Assembly: GCA_963695855.1 (NCBI GenBank)
Contig: CAVOHZ010000008.1
Coordinates: forward strand, 480,001 to 544,000
Source of the DNA: an uncultured Nitrososphaerales archaeon
Lineage (GTDB): Archaea; Thermoproteota; Nitrososphaeria; Nitrososphaerales; Nitrososphaeraceae
DNA: 64,000 bases
Direction of reading: 5' to 3'
Shown: in pieces, positions 10,780 to 21,536 of the stretch
How the letters are laid out: every line of letters starts with the position of its first letter
Numbering within the stretch: the first letter of the stretch is position 1
The notes under the pieces: generated by a model
Seen by the model: only the letters and a program-made list of their open reading frames with translations
Databases searched by the model: none
What the model was told of the DNA's origin: nothing
Program-made: the position numbers and the translations under genes

Positions 10780-10983
10780 TTGATTCCTGATGGTTTTATT
10801 TCATTTTTTATTTTTTGGATTATGGCAATACTACTTTTCTCTATCAAATCAATTTCAAAAAAAGAAGATAAAATTAAGTGTATAAAAAATACAAAATGTA
10901 ATTTTTGTAGTAGCAAGATGGATGTTAAATTACATTGTAACAATGCTGATTGTAGGGCTTTTTCTCATAAACCTCCTTCTTAA
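10780..10983 (+). CDS. Small membrane-anchored Cys-rich protein
   Basis: Hydrophobic N-terminal helix followed by CNFC and CNNADC. TTG start uncertain. Confidence 0.4.
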   Translation: MIPDGFISFFIFWIMAILLFSIKSISKKEDKIKCIKNTKCNFCSSKMDVKLHCNNADCRAFSHKPPS

Positions 10984-11083
10984 CTTATCCGACGACTTTT
11001 GACAGCGTTAGAAAACTGATTAAGAGTTTACAGAAGTAAGTATAATATGCTTTATATTTTAGTATGTCGACAGTACTTAGTAT

Positions 11084-12601
11084 ATGCAATTAGCTCAAAC
11101 AGATTTAGATCTAAGCAAGAAATGCATGGAGATAGTGAATGAAATAGAACAATCGAATATAAAATGGGTTCGATTGAATTTTTGCGATCCTTTTGGTTTT
11201 TTACAACAAATAAGTGTCCAAAGTGAAGAGATAACAGAAGATGCGTTTAAAAACGGTATTCCTAGGCTAGATGGAAGTTCGATAAGAGGGTTCAGAGAGA
11301 TTCAGGAATCTGATATGCTGCTAAAGCCAGATCCAACTACTTTTGCTGTTTTACCAAATTATTTTGATAAAGATCATCACAATTATAATAACACTTACAG
11401 ATCAACAGCTGCCCGTATGTTTGTGGATATATATGAGGGCTTTAAGGGTACCCGTTACACTCGAGATCCTAGATTTATTGCACAGAAAGCTGCTCAAGTT
11501 GCAAAGGATAAAGGTTTTGAAAACAGCTATTGGGGTCCAGAATTGGAATTTTTTGTATTCAACAATATAAGACTGTTGCCAAATGCCATGTCAGCAGTTA
11601 ATTGCTCAGGAGGTACTGGATATTCTATTGAATCTACTGAGGCTCCGTGGGGGAATGGTAATGAAGGTGCAGCAGGATACACAATTCCTTTCAGAAGTGG
11701 GTATTTTCCAGCGCCACCTGCAGATAGTTTGACGGACTTTAGGGATGAAGTATCCGACATGCTACGCCAATATTTTGGAATCACGGTTGAAGCCCATCAT
11801 CATGAGGTAGCTACGGCGGGACAATGTGAAATACAAATGTCGTTTGCTAGTCTTGTTTCTATGGCTGATCAGGTAGTCACATACAAGAAAACAGTAAAGG
11901 AAACTGCTGCAAAACGTGGAATGGTAGCAAATTTTATGCCAAAACCGGTTGCACTAGATAACGGATCTGGAATGCATGTTAGCCAGAGTCTGTGGGGAAA
12001 GAAAAAAAATGATGAAGTAAATTTGTTTTATGATCCTGCTGATGAATATGCAGAGTTGAGTCAAACTGCATTTTACTATATAGGAGGGCTGATAGAACAT
12101 GCTGAGGCACTATGTGCCATTACTAATCCGACAACGAATTCTTATAGAAGGTTAGTGCCAGGATTCGAGGCTCCAATAAATGTTGCATGGAGCAAGATGA
12201 ACAGGTCAGCAAGTATAAGGATTCCTGCTCACTTTAGAAAAATGGAAAAAAGAAAGAGGATAGAGTTAAGAACACCAGATCCTAGTTCCAATATCTATCT
12301 TGTTGAGGCTGCATTGTTACTTGCAGGTCTGGATGGAATCAACAAAAAATCTTCAGTTCCAGAACCAGTAGATGCAGATATCTACAAGCTATCCGAAGAG
12401 AAAAAAACAGAATATGGAATTAAAAAATTGCCAACATCTTTGCAGGATGCCATAGAATCGTTAGAGAGTGATATGGAATTTCTAAAGCCGGCATTTACAA
12501 GTGATTTTCTAGAAATGTATTGTGATATTAAAAAAGATGAACATGTACAAGTTGCATCGATTCCATCGCCAAGAGAATTCTATATGTATGGTAACGTCTG
12601 A
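11084..12601 (+). CDS. glnA: Glutamine synthetase type I
   Basis: DGSSI, GPELEFF, HHEVATAGQCEI, PKPVALDNGSGMH, SYRRLVPGFEAP, NRSASIRIP, IELRTPDP. Confidence 0.96.
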   Translation: MQLAQTDLDLSKKCMEIVNEIEQSNIKWVRLNFCDPFGFLQQISVQSEEITEDAFKNGIPRLDGSSIRGFREIQESDMLLKPDPTTFAVLPNYFDKDHHNYNNTYRSTAARMFVDIYEGFKGTRYTRDPRFIAQKAAQVAKDKGFENSYWGPELEFFVFNNIRLLPNAMSAVNCSGGTGYSIESTEAPWGNGNEGAAGYTIPFRSGYFPAPPADSLTDFRDEVSDMLRQYFGITVEAHHHEVATAGQCEIQMSFASLVSMADQVVTYKKTVKETAAKRGMVANFMPKPVALDNGSGMHVSQSLWGKKKNDEVNLFYDPADEYAELSQTAFYYIGGLIEHAEALCAITNPTTNSYRRLVPGFEAPINVAWSKMNRSASIRIPAHFRKMEKRKRIELRTPDPSSNIYLVEAALLLAGLDGINKKSSVPEPVDADIYKLSEEKKTEYGIKKLPTSLQDAIESLESDMEFLKPAFTSDFLEMYCDIKKDEHVQVASIPSPREFYMYGNV

Positions 12602-12644
12602 TGGTCAGTTGCTATTATATTTCATTTAGAGTTGGATAATTATC

Positions 12645-14144
12645 ATGCCATATTCAAAAGATGTTCTAGATTTAAAAAGACATATTTTAAAAGCAGCTGA
12701 ATCATCCTCTGGCTATTTTGATCTAAATAGACTTATCGTTGACGTAAGAAAAGTAGATAATTCAGAAATTCCATATTCTGGCCTAGGAGCTCGTCCTCCG
12801 AACGATTATTTTCATTCTATCAAGATAATTGGGGCAGAGATAAGACCCGAAGAAGATGATGTCAGATACAATGACATCGATACTACCTTCACATTGGGAG
12901 GAAGATATTCTAGCAATGTTATAACTACTAATGTGCCATTTTTTGTTTCTGGGATGAGCTATGGCTCATTAAAACTTCCTGCTAAAATAGCACTGCATCT
13001 TGCGTTAAACAGGCTTGCTAAAGAAGGGATAAACATGATAATGAATACTGGAGAGGGTGGAGCGTTACCGTGGGAACTGTACGGCTCGGAAGAATCTTGG
13101 TCAAACGTTTCCAAAAAAAGACGTGAGATTATCCTAGACTATGCTGAACGATTATTGAAAGAGCACAATCTAGAGTCAATAGACAGGGATCTCCTTTTTT
13201 CTCGTTTCTATCCATTGGTTACTCAGTATGCTTCGGGAAGATTCTGGAAAGATCCTAGTTATCTATTGAGCGCTGACGCCATAGAAATAAAGATTGGTCA
13301 GGGTGCAAAGATAGGTCATGGTGGATTATTACCGGGTCCAAAGGTAACAGATCTGGTTGCAGAGAATAGGGGAATTCCACCTTACAAGGCAGCACATTCA
13401 CCATCAAGACACCTTGATATTTTGGGACCTGAAGACTTGGTGGCAAAGGTTCTGGAGCTGCGAGAAATTACGGATTGGCGGACTCCTATAATTGTAAAGG
13501 TTGGATGTTCTCGCGTATATGATGATATTGAAATCATTCTCAAATCATATGCAGATGCAGCTTCCATTGATGGTTTTGTAGGCGGAACTGGTGCCGCTCC
13601 GTGGGAACTACGAGATACCGTTGGAATAAATATAATACCATCTCTTATTCCTTCGAGAGAAGCGATTGAAGATTATTATTTACCTGATGAAAGGGATGAA
13701 TTTAGATTACTCGTTCATGGTGGTGTATGGGATTCAGAAAGAATTGCTAAATGTATTGCATTAGGTGCTGATGGTGTAGGTATAGGAACAGGTTTTATGC
13801 TTGCAATGGGATGTACTCTTGTGCAAGATTGTTATACAAATTCATGCCCAGCAGGCATAACGGGATCATATGAAAAATTGGACATAGAGACAAGTGTAAC
13901 TGGAATAGTAAATTATGTTAAAGGAACATTATTTGAACTAAAGAATATTGCTGGTTCGCTAGGAAGAAAAAGTATTCATGATCTTAGGAAAGAGGACCTT
14001 GTTGGAACAGACGAGTTGTCCAGCATGATTAGCGGATTGCCATTAGCGGGCGGCGAAACTTTTAAAGATTTGGTAAAGGCAAGGGTAAAAACTGTTATTG
14101 ATAGTAGAAGGAAGGAAGGAGAGAGAGTAATTGAGAGGTTTTGA
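12645..14144 (+). CDS. Glutamate synthase FMN/Fe-S subunit (archaeal GltB2-like)
   Basis: SGMSYGSL, NTGEGG, QYASGRF, EIKIGQGAKIGHGGLLPGPKV, GGTGAAP, ALGADG, CX5CX4CP (CTLVQDCYTNSCP). Confidence 0.9.
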   Translation: MPYSKDVLDLKRHILKAAESSSGYFDLNRLIVDVRKVDNSEIPYSGLGARPPNDYFHSIKIIGAEIRPEEDDVRYNDIDTTFTLGGRYSSNVITTNVPFFVSGMSYGSLKLPAKIALHLALNRLAKEGINMIMNTGEGGALPWELYGSEESWSNVSKKRREIILDYAERLLKEHNLESIDRDLLFSRFYPLVTQYASGRFWKDPSYLLSADAIEIKIGQGAKIGHGGLLPGPKVTDLVAENRGIPPYKAAHSPSRHLDILGPEDLVAKVLELREITDWRTPIIVKVGCSRVYDDIEIILKSYADAASIDGFVGGTGAAPWELRDTVGINIIPSLIPSREAIEDYYLPDERDEFRLLVHGGVWDSERIAKCIALGADGVGIGTGFMLAMGCTLVQDCYTNSCPAGITGSYEKLDIETSVTGIVNYVKGTLFELKNIAGSLGRKSIHDLRKEDLVGTDELSSMISGLPLAGGETFKDLVKARVKTVIDSRRKEGERVIERF

Positions 14145-14176
14145 AGACTACGGTGAATGTTGGATGATAAGTCGTC

Positions 14177-15364
14177 TTGAATGATGCAGATAAATTTATC
14201 ATTAGAAAAGCTGTGTTGCAGCTTGCAAAGACAGGTAAACCACGTTCTACTTCGATAGATGATGATATAAGAAAACTTCATGATGTCAATTCCAAGGGAA
14301 CAAATCTATGGAATTATGTGACAGCATTAGGAGCACAACTTTCAAGACCGCCATATGATCCTTACAGAGAAACTGTAAACCTAGACATATCTATAGGAAG
14401 AGGCAAGTCTAGAAAAGTTGTTTTGAACATACCTTTGATAATTTATGGAAACATTACTATGGATTCTCATTCCCTCGAATCTGTACATCTTGCCTTAAAC
14501 CGGCTAGCTGAAGAAGGAAATGTATTGGGGTTAATTTTAGAAACAGAAATAAATACAGAGCAAGATAAAAGAAAATATCCCTTATTCAAAAAAATATCGT
14601 TCTATCCAGAATCTTCTTTGCAAGATAGTTTAGAGGATTATAAACAAATCTCCTCTGCAGAAGGACTGGTGTTAGAATATAAAGATGAATCTTCTTTGAA
14701 CATACTCCAGAGTCTACGAGAGGAATTTGACGGTCCTATATTGGTAGATGTCAGTGATGTTTTTCCATTGTCTTTTAATTCAATATTGGATTCAAAAGCG
14801 GATGGAATTATAGTGGATACAGAAAAGGTAACGAAAAATATTGAAAGATACAAGGGAAAACATGCAATAGCAGTAATTTGTGATGCAAGGAATGCTATAA
14901 ATCATTATTATAAAGGGAAAGAGGAAAGTGGTGATAATGCAATATTAGTGATTGCAGGTGATGTAAACAGTGTCGGCAAGATCGTGAAGGCAGCAGCACT
15001 TGGTGCAGATGTTGTAGGATATTCTACAAGCATGTTGATAGCAAATTCTCACATTTACTCGGAAAAGCCTTTGGACGTAATATCGACTGCAGAAAATGTT
15101 TACCGTCATATGATAGGAACAAAGGGAGAAATTAGGGGAATCCCTGCTGCCTTGGGATATAGTGATTTTCATAATCTATCTCCATCCGATTTGCGTACAT
15201 CCAGTATAGATGCAAGTTTGCAAGGAAATATACTGCTTGAGGGAATCGACAGAACTTATATGGAGATTATAGAGGAAATAGTTAATGAGTATGTTAGTGA
15301 GAACGGAATACACATGAATTCGTCAGAAACTCAAGAGGTTATAAAGTCGATGGTAGGAGAATAA
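14177..15364 (+). CDS. Degenerate glutamate-synthase FMN-barrel paralog
   Basis: Keeps AQLSRPPYDPYRE and IAGDV...IVKAAALGADVVG. Lacks NTGEGG, EIKxxQGAK, GGTGA and the Cys cluster. Confidence 0.7.
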   Translation: MNDADKFIIRKAVLQLAKTGKPRSTSIDDDIRKLHDVNSKGTNLWNYVTALGAQLSRPPYDPYRETVNLDISIGRGKSRKVVLNIPLIIYGNITMDSHSLESVHLALNRLAEEGNVLGLILETEINTEQDKRKYPLFKKISFYPESSLQDSLEDYKQISSAEGLVLEYKDESSLNILQSLREEFDGPILVDVSDVFPLSFNSILDSKADGIIVDTEKVTKNIERYKGKHAIAVICDARNAINHYYKGKEESGDNAILVIAGDVNSVGKIVKAAALGADVVGYSTSMLIANSHIYSEKPLDVISTAENVYRHMIGTKGEIRGIPAALGYSDFHNLSPSDLRTSSIDASLQGNILLEGIDRTYMEIIEEIVNEYVSENGIHMNSSETQEVIKSMVGE

Positions 15365-15367
15365 AAT

Positions 15368-16276
15368 ATGTGTGGAATATGTGCCATTATGTTGGAAAAT
15401 TGCAAAAAGGATTTTCCTATTGGTTCTCTACTATATAAAATGATGGAGAGCCAGCAGATAAGAGCTCAGGATAGTACAGGTGTGGCCATCTTCAATAAAG
15501 AAACAAACAAAGAGTTTTACAGAATAGATTACTATAGAAAAATTACAGGGACAAAATTACCTGTGAGACATAATGACAGTATATGCAATATCTTTACACA
15601 AAAAGTACCTAGCGAGAGATTAGCTGAAACTTTGTATGAAATAAATCAAGATCCCAAAGCCGTAATAGCAAGTTTTGCAAAAGAAATGATCCTTATAAAA
15701 GATTTAGGACTTGTAAGGGACCTTGATGCAAAATATAACATCAAGTCAATTCAGGGAACACATGGGATAGGTCACTTGAGGATAGCCACAAGCAGTAGAG
15801 TCACTCCAGACCATTCACATCCATTCAGTACTACAGCGATTCCAGATATTGCTGTGGTACATAATGGCGAAATAACAAACTATTCCAAGTTAAGGTCTTC
15901 ACTTGAGCTTAAAGGATATCGTTTCTTTACTAGATGTGACTCAGAGGTCATTGCTGTATTCATTGCAGATCAAATTTTGAGACATGGCGATATAGAAAAG
16001 GCAAATTATGAATTTATAAATAAAGCAGATGGCCCTTTTACATATATAGTTGCTACACCCGACTCTCTCGCCTTGGTTAGAGACAAATTTGGAGCAAGAA
16101 AAGCTATTTTCGGATATAATCCAGGCAGTAAAGACTATCCATCTTTCTGGGCGATAGCTACTGATTTATCTGCTTTGGATTCTGTGGGAGCAACATATTA
16201 CGTAGAAACTCCGCAACCTGGAAAACCAAAAATATTTTACAACCAGATGAAAATCAGACAATCTATTGCTAATTAA
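15368..16276 (+). CDS. Class II (Ntn) glutamine amidotransferase, GltB1-like
   Basis: MCGI start, RAQDSTG, GHLRIAT, HPF, HNGEITNY, CDSEV, RDKFGAR. Confidence 0.9.
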   Translation: MCGICAIMLENCKKDFPIGSLLYKMMESQQIRAQDSTGVAIFNKETNKEFYRIDYYRKITGTKLPVRHNDSICNIFTQKVPSERLAETLYEINQDPKAVIASFAKEMILIKDLGLVRDLDAKYNIKSIQGTHGIGHLRIATSSRVTPDHSHPFSTTAIPDIAVVHNGEITNYSKLRSSLELKGYRFFTRCDSEVIAVFIADQILRHGDIEKANYEFINKADGPFTYIVATPDSLALVRDKFGARKAIFGYNPGSKDYPSFWAIATDLSALDSVGATYYVETPQPGKPKIFYNQMKIRQSIAN

Positions 16277-16769
16277 ATAATCAATCAATCAATAAAATAA
16301 TTTATTTTTGAAATTTTTAATTATATGAAATTTTTAATTAAATTATTAATAAACTACTACTTGTCTTGTGCTCTTTTAAAATCTGTCCGTTTTGATTTAT
16401 TTAATTATCTGTTTTGATTTATTTATTATGGTGAATAAAAAATATATATCATATCAATTTTCTACACTTTTTAAAAATGTGTGCATATACGACTTTATCA
16501 ATTTGTGTTAATAGAATAAAAGATATATCAGTAAGTAACCTTGCTAAATATTCGAGATAAAATAAATTGTATATTCTAGATATTGATGAAATAAGATCCA
16601 TTGCGGACTCTAAGGTCCAAGACATCAAATCCAGATGAACAATTTAAACGACTCAATTTTATGTTATATGAAAAATATAGAATAGATCTCCCTAAAGGGC
16701 TAAAGAAGGCGTCTTTAGAAAAGTTTAAGGATCTTATAAGTTCGCCATTGGTATACGAAAGAGCAGTAG

Positions 16770-17327
16770 TATCAGATCATCAGGATTGTCCAATTCAAAA
16801 AAACTGGTATTCTCTTCTGACCTGTCTTCTCTCAGCGTCAACAAGTTGATGTCTTGTCAATATGTTGTAGGCTATAGTCTTGCTAATGTATTGCTCTTCT
16901 CCTCTACCTTCTACATTCAGACTCTCGTTTACAATATTTACCAGCTGTTCTGAACCAAAACCGGTAGCATTTCTTACCTCAAGTATCATTTTCTCTATAT
17001 ATATCGTTAGGAGTTGTTTGGACTGTTATGTGGTCTTTTTGATCTGAAGCTCAGGTGTGTAATACCTTCTTCTCTGAACCTTTTTACCACTTGCTGCAGC
17101 TGACGTTTCTCCTGCTAATCATGTCTGGGGCTTCTTGTCTTGTTATCGTGATCAGGTCACTAACGAGTGTTCTGACTCCTGCATGACAACGCTTTCTAAC
17201 TATTTCTGACTCTTTCTTTAATATGTTGATATGCCATTTCTCTAGATACACCTCTCGTTGTACAATGATCATTGATTTTCACTTTGTTTATTGTCAAGGA
17301 GGGGTCACGCATGTCTCTTAGCTTACA
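16770..17327 (-). mobile_element. IS481-family remnant (left end plus HTH region, integrase core lost)
   Basis: Frameshifted translation VKRFREEG...RSKRPHNSPN...MILEVRNATGFGSEQL. Minus-strand end begins TGT at 17327. Confidence 0.6.
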
Positions 17328-17361
17328 ACTATATCTAGTGATTATCGTAGAAAAATACCTA

Positions 17362-17715
17362 TTAATTATCTTTTTTCATTCGTTCATTAATTACCAAACG
17401 AAGTTCTTCGTCAGTTTTGTCCGCGAATTCAATATTCAATGATTTGGCTATCCTTTCCAATTTTTCTCTTTCAGAAGAGACTGGGCCTTCAATAATTTTA
17501 CCGATTGTAAAATTCTTAGAGTTATCTAGCTTAATCTTCTGTGAATCAACGTTTGAAAATTCCCTAATCTCTTTCGATAACGTTTCTCTAGTTCTATTAT
17601 ATTCGCCTATTGCCTTGCCCATCTGTCTAGATATTTCTGGTAATTTTTTGGAACCGAAGATCAAAAAAATGCTGATCAAAATAATAATAATCCATTCTGA
17701 TCCCCCAATAGCCAT
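17362..17715 (-). CDS. tatA: Twin-arginine translocase TatA/TatE subunit
   Basis: IGGSEWIIII...IFGSKKLPEISRQMGKAIGEY. Confidence 0.9.
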   Translation of the reverse strand: MAIGGSEWIIIILISIFLIFGSKKLPEISRQMGKAIGEYNRTRETLSKEIREFSNVDSQKIKLDNSKNFTIGKIIEGPVSSEREKLERIAKSLNIEFADKTDEELRLVINERMKKDN

Positions 17716-17944
17716 ATATTTAAATTATATTCGTTAATTACCTAAAAATACCTTTATTTCGTTCGTCTTGTATTTATGTACGTAAAAAATGTATAATTAA
17801 TAATATTTCTTATTGTCTAATTCTTTTTTTAATAAAAAAATTAAAATTTATTATAATTATTTAAAATTTATTTAGAAATATTAGTCAAAGCACTTATATT
17901 CGTGCCTGTCAACCTTATTTTTACTTTATAATAAACATGAGGTT

Positions 17945-19213
17945 ATGGAATTGCCTAGTACCGGTATAGTAAAATATCACGTTAAATTAAGTTTCGAGGT
18001 TGATGGACTCGTAGAAAAAGCAGACATTATTGGAGCTATTTTTGGTCAGACCGAGGGTTTGCTTGGTCCAGAAATGAACCTGAATGAATTACAAAAGGTC
18101 TCTAAAGTTGGTAGAATAGAAGTAAATGTAGATACAAAGTCAAACATTGCAAATGGAGATGCATTAATCCCAATGAGTACGGACATTTCTACCGCAGCTC
18201 TCATCGCAGCAGCGATTGAAAGTATCGATAAAGTTGGTCCTTTTCAAGCTCATTTTATTTTGTCAGGGATCGATGATATTCGAGCGATAAAGAAAAAAGT
18301 TATTGTCGATCGTGCAAAAAAAATTGTACAAGAGTGGGCTACTAAGACTATCAGCGAGGGCGAAGAAATGTTAAAAGATGTTTATGACGCCAGCAAGCCT
18401 GGAAAACTTACTGCCTTTGGTAAGGCTCAACTTGCATGCGGTACTGGAGTTTTTAATTCCGAATGGATTATACTTGTAGAAGGAAGGGCAGATGTGATTA
18501 ACCTTCTTCGTGCGGGATTTGATAATGCTATTGCAATTGAAGGGGCAAAAATTGATGAAACTATAACCCATCTTACTGAAGGTAAAAAAGTAATTGCATT
18601 CCTTGATGGAGACCGGGCCGGTGATCTAATATTGAAGGAGTTACAGGGATTGGTTAGTGTCGATAAAGTTTACAGAGCTCCACAAGGAAGAGAAGTAGAA
18701 GAATGTACGCCTCTAGAGATATCAGAAATATTGGGTAATATCTTTGAAGAATCAAAAGAAGATACTTTCCCACATAAACAAACACCTTTTCCCCAAAAGA
18801 AATATCACAAAACCGAGAAAGAGAAACCTGTATTTCAACAATCTCCACAAAAAATCCCACAAAGCAATAACGTTGAATCTATATTGGTCCAAAGTAATAA
18901 TGCTATTAAATCTGATACAGGTCCAAATTCCATAATACGTGACATTTACTCGCAAATTAACGAAACACTTGAGGCCATTGTTCTTGATGGAACGATGAAC
19001 ACAATAATCAAAGTTCCTGTTTCTGAAATTGTAAAAAAACTAGATGACATTTCGGGAGGGAAGATCCTAATTCTTGATGGAATAGTGACTCAGAGATTGA
19101 TTGATGCCTCTGACAAAGCTGGAATAGAACAAATAGTAGGTCACAGATTGGCAGATATAAAACGGAACTCATCACTCAAAATTAACACATTCAGTGAAAT
19201 AGGATTACCATAA
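17945..19213 (+). CDS. dnaG: Archaeal DnaG (Toprim, exosome-associated)
   Basis: GAIFGQTEGLLG, LVEGRADV, FLDGDRAG, DGIVTQRL. Confidence 0.95.
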   Translation: MELPSTGIVKYHVKLSFEVDGLVEKADIIGAIFGQTEGLLGPEMNLNELQKVSKVGRIEVNVDTKSNIANGDALIPMSTDISTAALIAAAIESIDKVGPFQAHFILSGIDDIRAIKKKVIVDRAKKIVQEWATKTISEGEEMLKDVYDASKPGKLTAFGKAQLACGTGVFNSEWIILVEGRADVINLLRAGFDNAIAIEGAKIDETITHLTEGKKVIAFLDGDRAGDLILKELQGLVSVDKVYRAPQGREVEECTPLEISEILGNIFEESKEDTFPHKQTPFPQKKYHKTEKEKPVFQQSPQKIPQSNNVESILVQSNNAIKSDTGPNSIIRDIYSQINETLEAIVLDGTMNTIIKVPVSEIVKKLDDISGGKILILDGIVTQRLIDASDKAGIEQIVGHRLADIKRNSSLKINTFSEIGLP

Positions 19214-19221
19214 ACCTATTT

Positions 19222-19917
19222 ATGAAAGATACTAAGCTACAACATGTTGTAATACTTTCACAGCTCCTATTATGTGGGGCTAAGAATAATTTTGTGGAAA
19301 TTACTACAAATGAATTAGCAAAAAAAATTAATCGTTCTCAACAGTTAGCCTCAAAAGAGTTACTTTGTCTTGAATTGATGGGATTATTAGAAAGAAATCA
19401 ACATGGGAAAAAATTTAGTGTGAAGATAACTGAAAAAGGATTTCAAGAAGTTTATGAGCTATTTCTTTTTTTGAAGACAGCGGTTGAAACTTTTAAAAAT
19501 ACTCTCAATTTTGAAGGAGAAGTGGTTTCAGGAATGGGTGAAGGATCGTATTACATGTCATTATCTGGTTATAAACAAAGATTTAAAGAAAAACTAGGTT
19601 ACGAACCGTATCCTGGTACACTTAACATAAAGTTGAATTCAAAATTTTATGTTGATAGAAAAAAAGAGATATTGAAATTTCCATCTGTAGCTGTAGATGG
19701 ATTTAGTGATGAAACTCGAACGTATGGATGGGTAAAATGTTACCCAGCTTATCTAAATGAGAGCGAAAAACCAAATTGTGCAGTACTAATTTTGGAAAGA
19801 ACTCACTATGATGATACTATTATAGAAATAATAGCTCCATTTTCAATCAAAGAAGAATTTAATTTAAAAAACGGTGATCTAATTAAATTTAAAGTAAAAA
19901 CTGATAATTTATCTTGA
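19222..19917 (+). CDS. ribK: CTP-dependent riboflavin kinase with N-terminal wHTH (RbkR-type)
   Basis: HTH (TTNELAKKINRSQQLASKEL), then GEVVSGMGEG, PYPGTLN, ERTHY, EIIAP. Confidence 0.92.
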   Translation: MKDTKLQHVVILSQLLLCGAKNNFVEITTNELAKKINRSQQLASKELLCLELMGLLERNQHGKKFSVKITEKGFQEVYELFLFLKTAVETFKNTLNFEGEVVSGMGEGSYYMSLSGYKQRFKEKLGYEPYPGTLNIKLNSKFYVDRKKEILKFPSVAVDGFSDETRTYGWVKCYPAYLNESEKPNCAVLILERTHYDDTIIEIIAPFSIKEEFNLKNGDLIKFKVKTDNLS

Positions 19918-19931
19918 TATCTTAATTCTCA

Positions 19932-20564
19932 TCATAGATCATAAACTGCATCCCCTAGCTCTTTTTTTATTTCGGAACTCTTAGTTTTTGGGATTGGTGT
20001 ATTCAATCTTATGACTCTTGCGTCAATATTTCTTTTTTTGCAATTTTCAGAAATATATTTTTCTGTATGTGTCTGATCATAACCTAAAGCAATAATATCG
20101 GGTCTTACATATTCAACACTATCAAATAAAGTGCCTTTCCTTCCTATCAATGCTAGATCTACAAAACTTAAGGCTGAGACCATTTCTTTTCTTAATTCCT
20201 CATTATGGTATATTACACGATTTTTTTTTATTTTAGTTGCAGTAGATGTTGTTGCAATTATTACTACCAGGACATCTCCATATGATTTAGCTGACTTCAG
20301 TGTCGATATGTGACCAGGATGTAATATGTCAAATACCCCTCCTACTAGCACTACCGTTAAGGTTTCTCTTCCTAACGTGCTCAATCTAAAATTATTGTCT
20401 TTATATTTTTCAATTAATCCAATTTTAGTCAACTCCAATATTCGTGGATAAAAAAATTTTTTATCTAATTGATATCTATCTTGCAGACGCTGTAAAAATT
20501 CCATCCCCTTGTCTAAATTGCTTACGTATAGAGAACCAAGTATTATTTTGTCTAGCGACTTCAA
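19932..20564 (-). CDS. ribL: FAD synthetase (RibL-type cytidylyltransferase fold) with N-terminal extension
   Basis: GGVFDILHPGH, RPDIIALGYDQ, SSEIK. Confidence 0.85.
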   Translation of the reverse strand: MKSLDKIILGSLYVSNLDKGMEFLQRLQDRYQLDKKFFYPRILELTKIGLIEKYKDNNFRLSTLGRETLTVVLVGGVFDILHPGHISTLKSAKSYGDVLVVIIATTSTATKIKKNRVIYHNEELRKEMVSALSFVDLALIGRKGTLFDSVEYVRPDIIALGYDQTHTEKYISENCKKRNIDARVIRLNTPIPKTKSSEIKKELGDAVYDL

Positions 20565-20811
20565 TTCGATCCCAAAATATTTTTTATTGTAGTGTCTCTA
20601 ATGTTATATATTTGTTTGATCCATACAAATTTTTGAAAATTCCTTTTACAATAATATATTTGAAAATTCAACTATGATGATATTTCCTTTTCAGAAGCAA
20701 TTCAATAAAGATACTAAATTAGATAATCATATTTTTAATTTTTAGCATTTGAGTCATACCTCATACCTTCCTCATAATCCTTTTATTAGGTTATGAGTAA
20801 ATATTGTTCGA

Positions 20812-21027
20812 TTGACGAAATTTTGTCCTGAGTGTGGTGGAGAATTGAAATTGGAACCATCTACAAAGAATTTTATTTGTAGAAGTTGTGGACTCTATGC
20901 CTCTCGTGAAAAAATGGATGAATTACGAGACAAATCTGAAATCAACTATCAAGACCCTAAAAAAAGAATCCATGATGATTATCTTGATTGGTGGCAATCT
21001 TCAAAAAAAGAAAAGCAAAAAAATTAA
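20812..21027 (+). CDS. Small zinc-ribbon protein
   Basis: CPECGG...CRSCG, C-terminal DYLDWW. Confidence 0.75.
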   Translation: MTKFCPECGGELKLEPSTKNFICRSCGLYASREKMDELRDKSEINYQDPKKRIHDDYLDWWQSSKKEKQKN

Positions 21028-21035
21028 TATTTTTT

Positions 21036-21536
21036 TCAAAAAAAATCTTTGGATTTTTCAGATATTTCAGTTCGTAAGGAGACCATTTGTTCTTCCTTTC
21101 TGGTTCTCAAGACTGTCATTAATTCAATTTCTTTAACTTCCGTTATCGATAAAATTTTATTCACTATAATATCTCTCATATTCTCTAAACTTTTTGAACG
21201 AATTTTTACTAGTAAGTCGAATTTATCATAAATCTCATGTATTTCTAAAATCTGTTCGATTTCTTCTAATATTGCAACGGCTTGATCAGTTTTTCCATTT
21301 TCCAATTTTACCATTATAAAAGCCAAATGATCATATCCTATCAAATTATTGTCGATGATGACAGAAAATTTCTTTATTATTCCAGTAGATATCATCTTTT
21401 TAACCCTCGTATGTACGGTCGCATCAGAAATCCCGATCTGTTTTGCCAATTCGACGAATGGCAGCGAAGAATTATTACTTAGTACGTCTATTATTTTATA
21501 ATTAATATAATCTAGAATATTTTGTTTAAAACTCAT
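21036..21536 (-). CDS. Lrp/AsnC family regulator
   Basis: PFVELAKQIGISDATVHTRVKKM HTH plus RAM domain. Confidence 0.9.
   Translation of the reverse strand: MSFKQNILDYINYKIIDVLSNNSSLPFVELAKQIGISDATVHTRVKKMISTGIIKKFSVIIDNNLIGYDHLAFIMVKLENGKTDQAVAILEEIEQILEIHEIYDKFDLLVKIRSKSLENMRDIIVNKILSITEVKEIELMTVLRTRKEEQMVSLRTEISEKSKDFF

Noticed and set aside
11084-16276. N-methylglutamate (gmaS/mgsABC) methylamine pathway
   Set aside because: The GS keeps canonical type-I motifs including GFEAP, and no GXGXG (MgsB) or Mgd genes are present.
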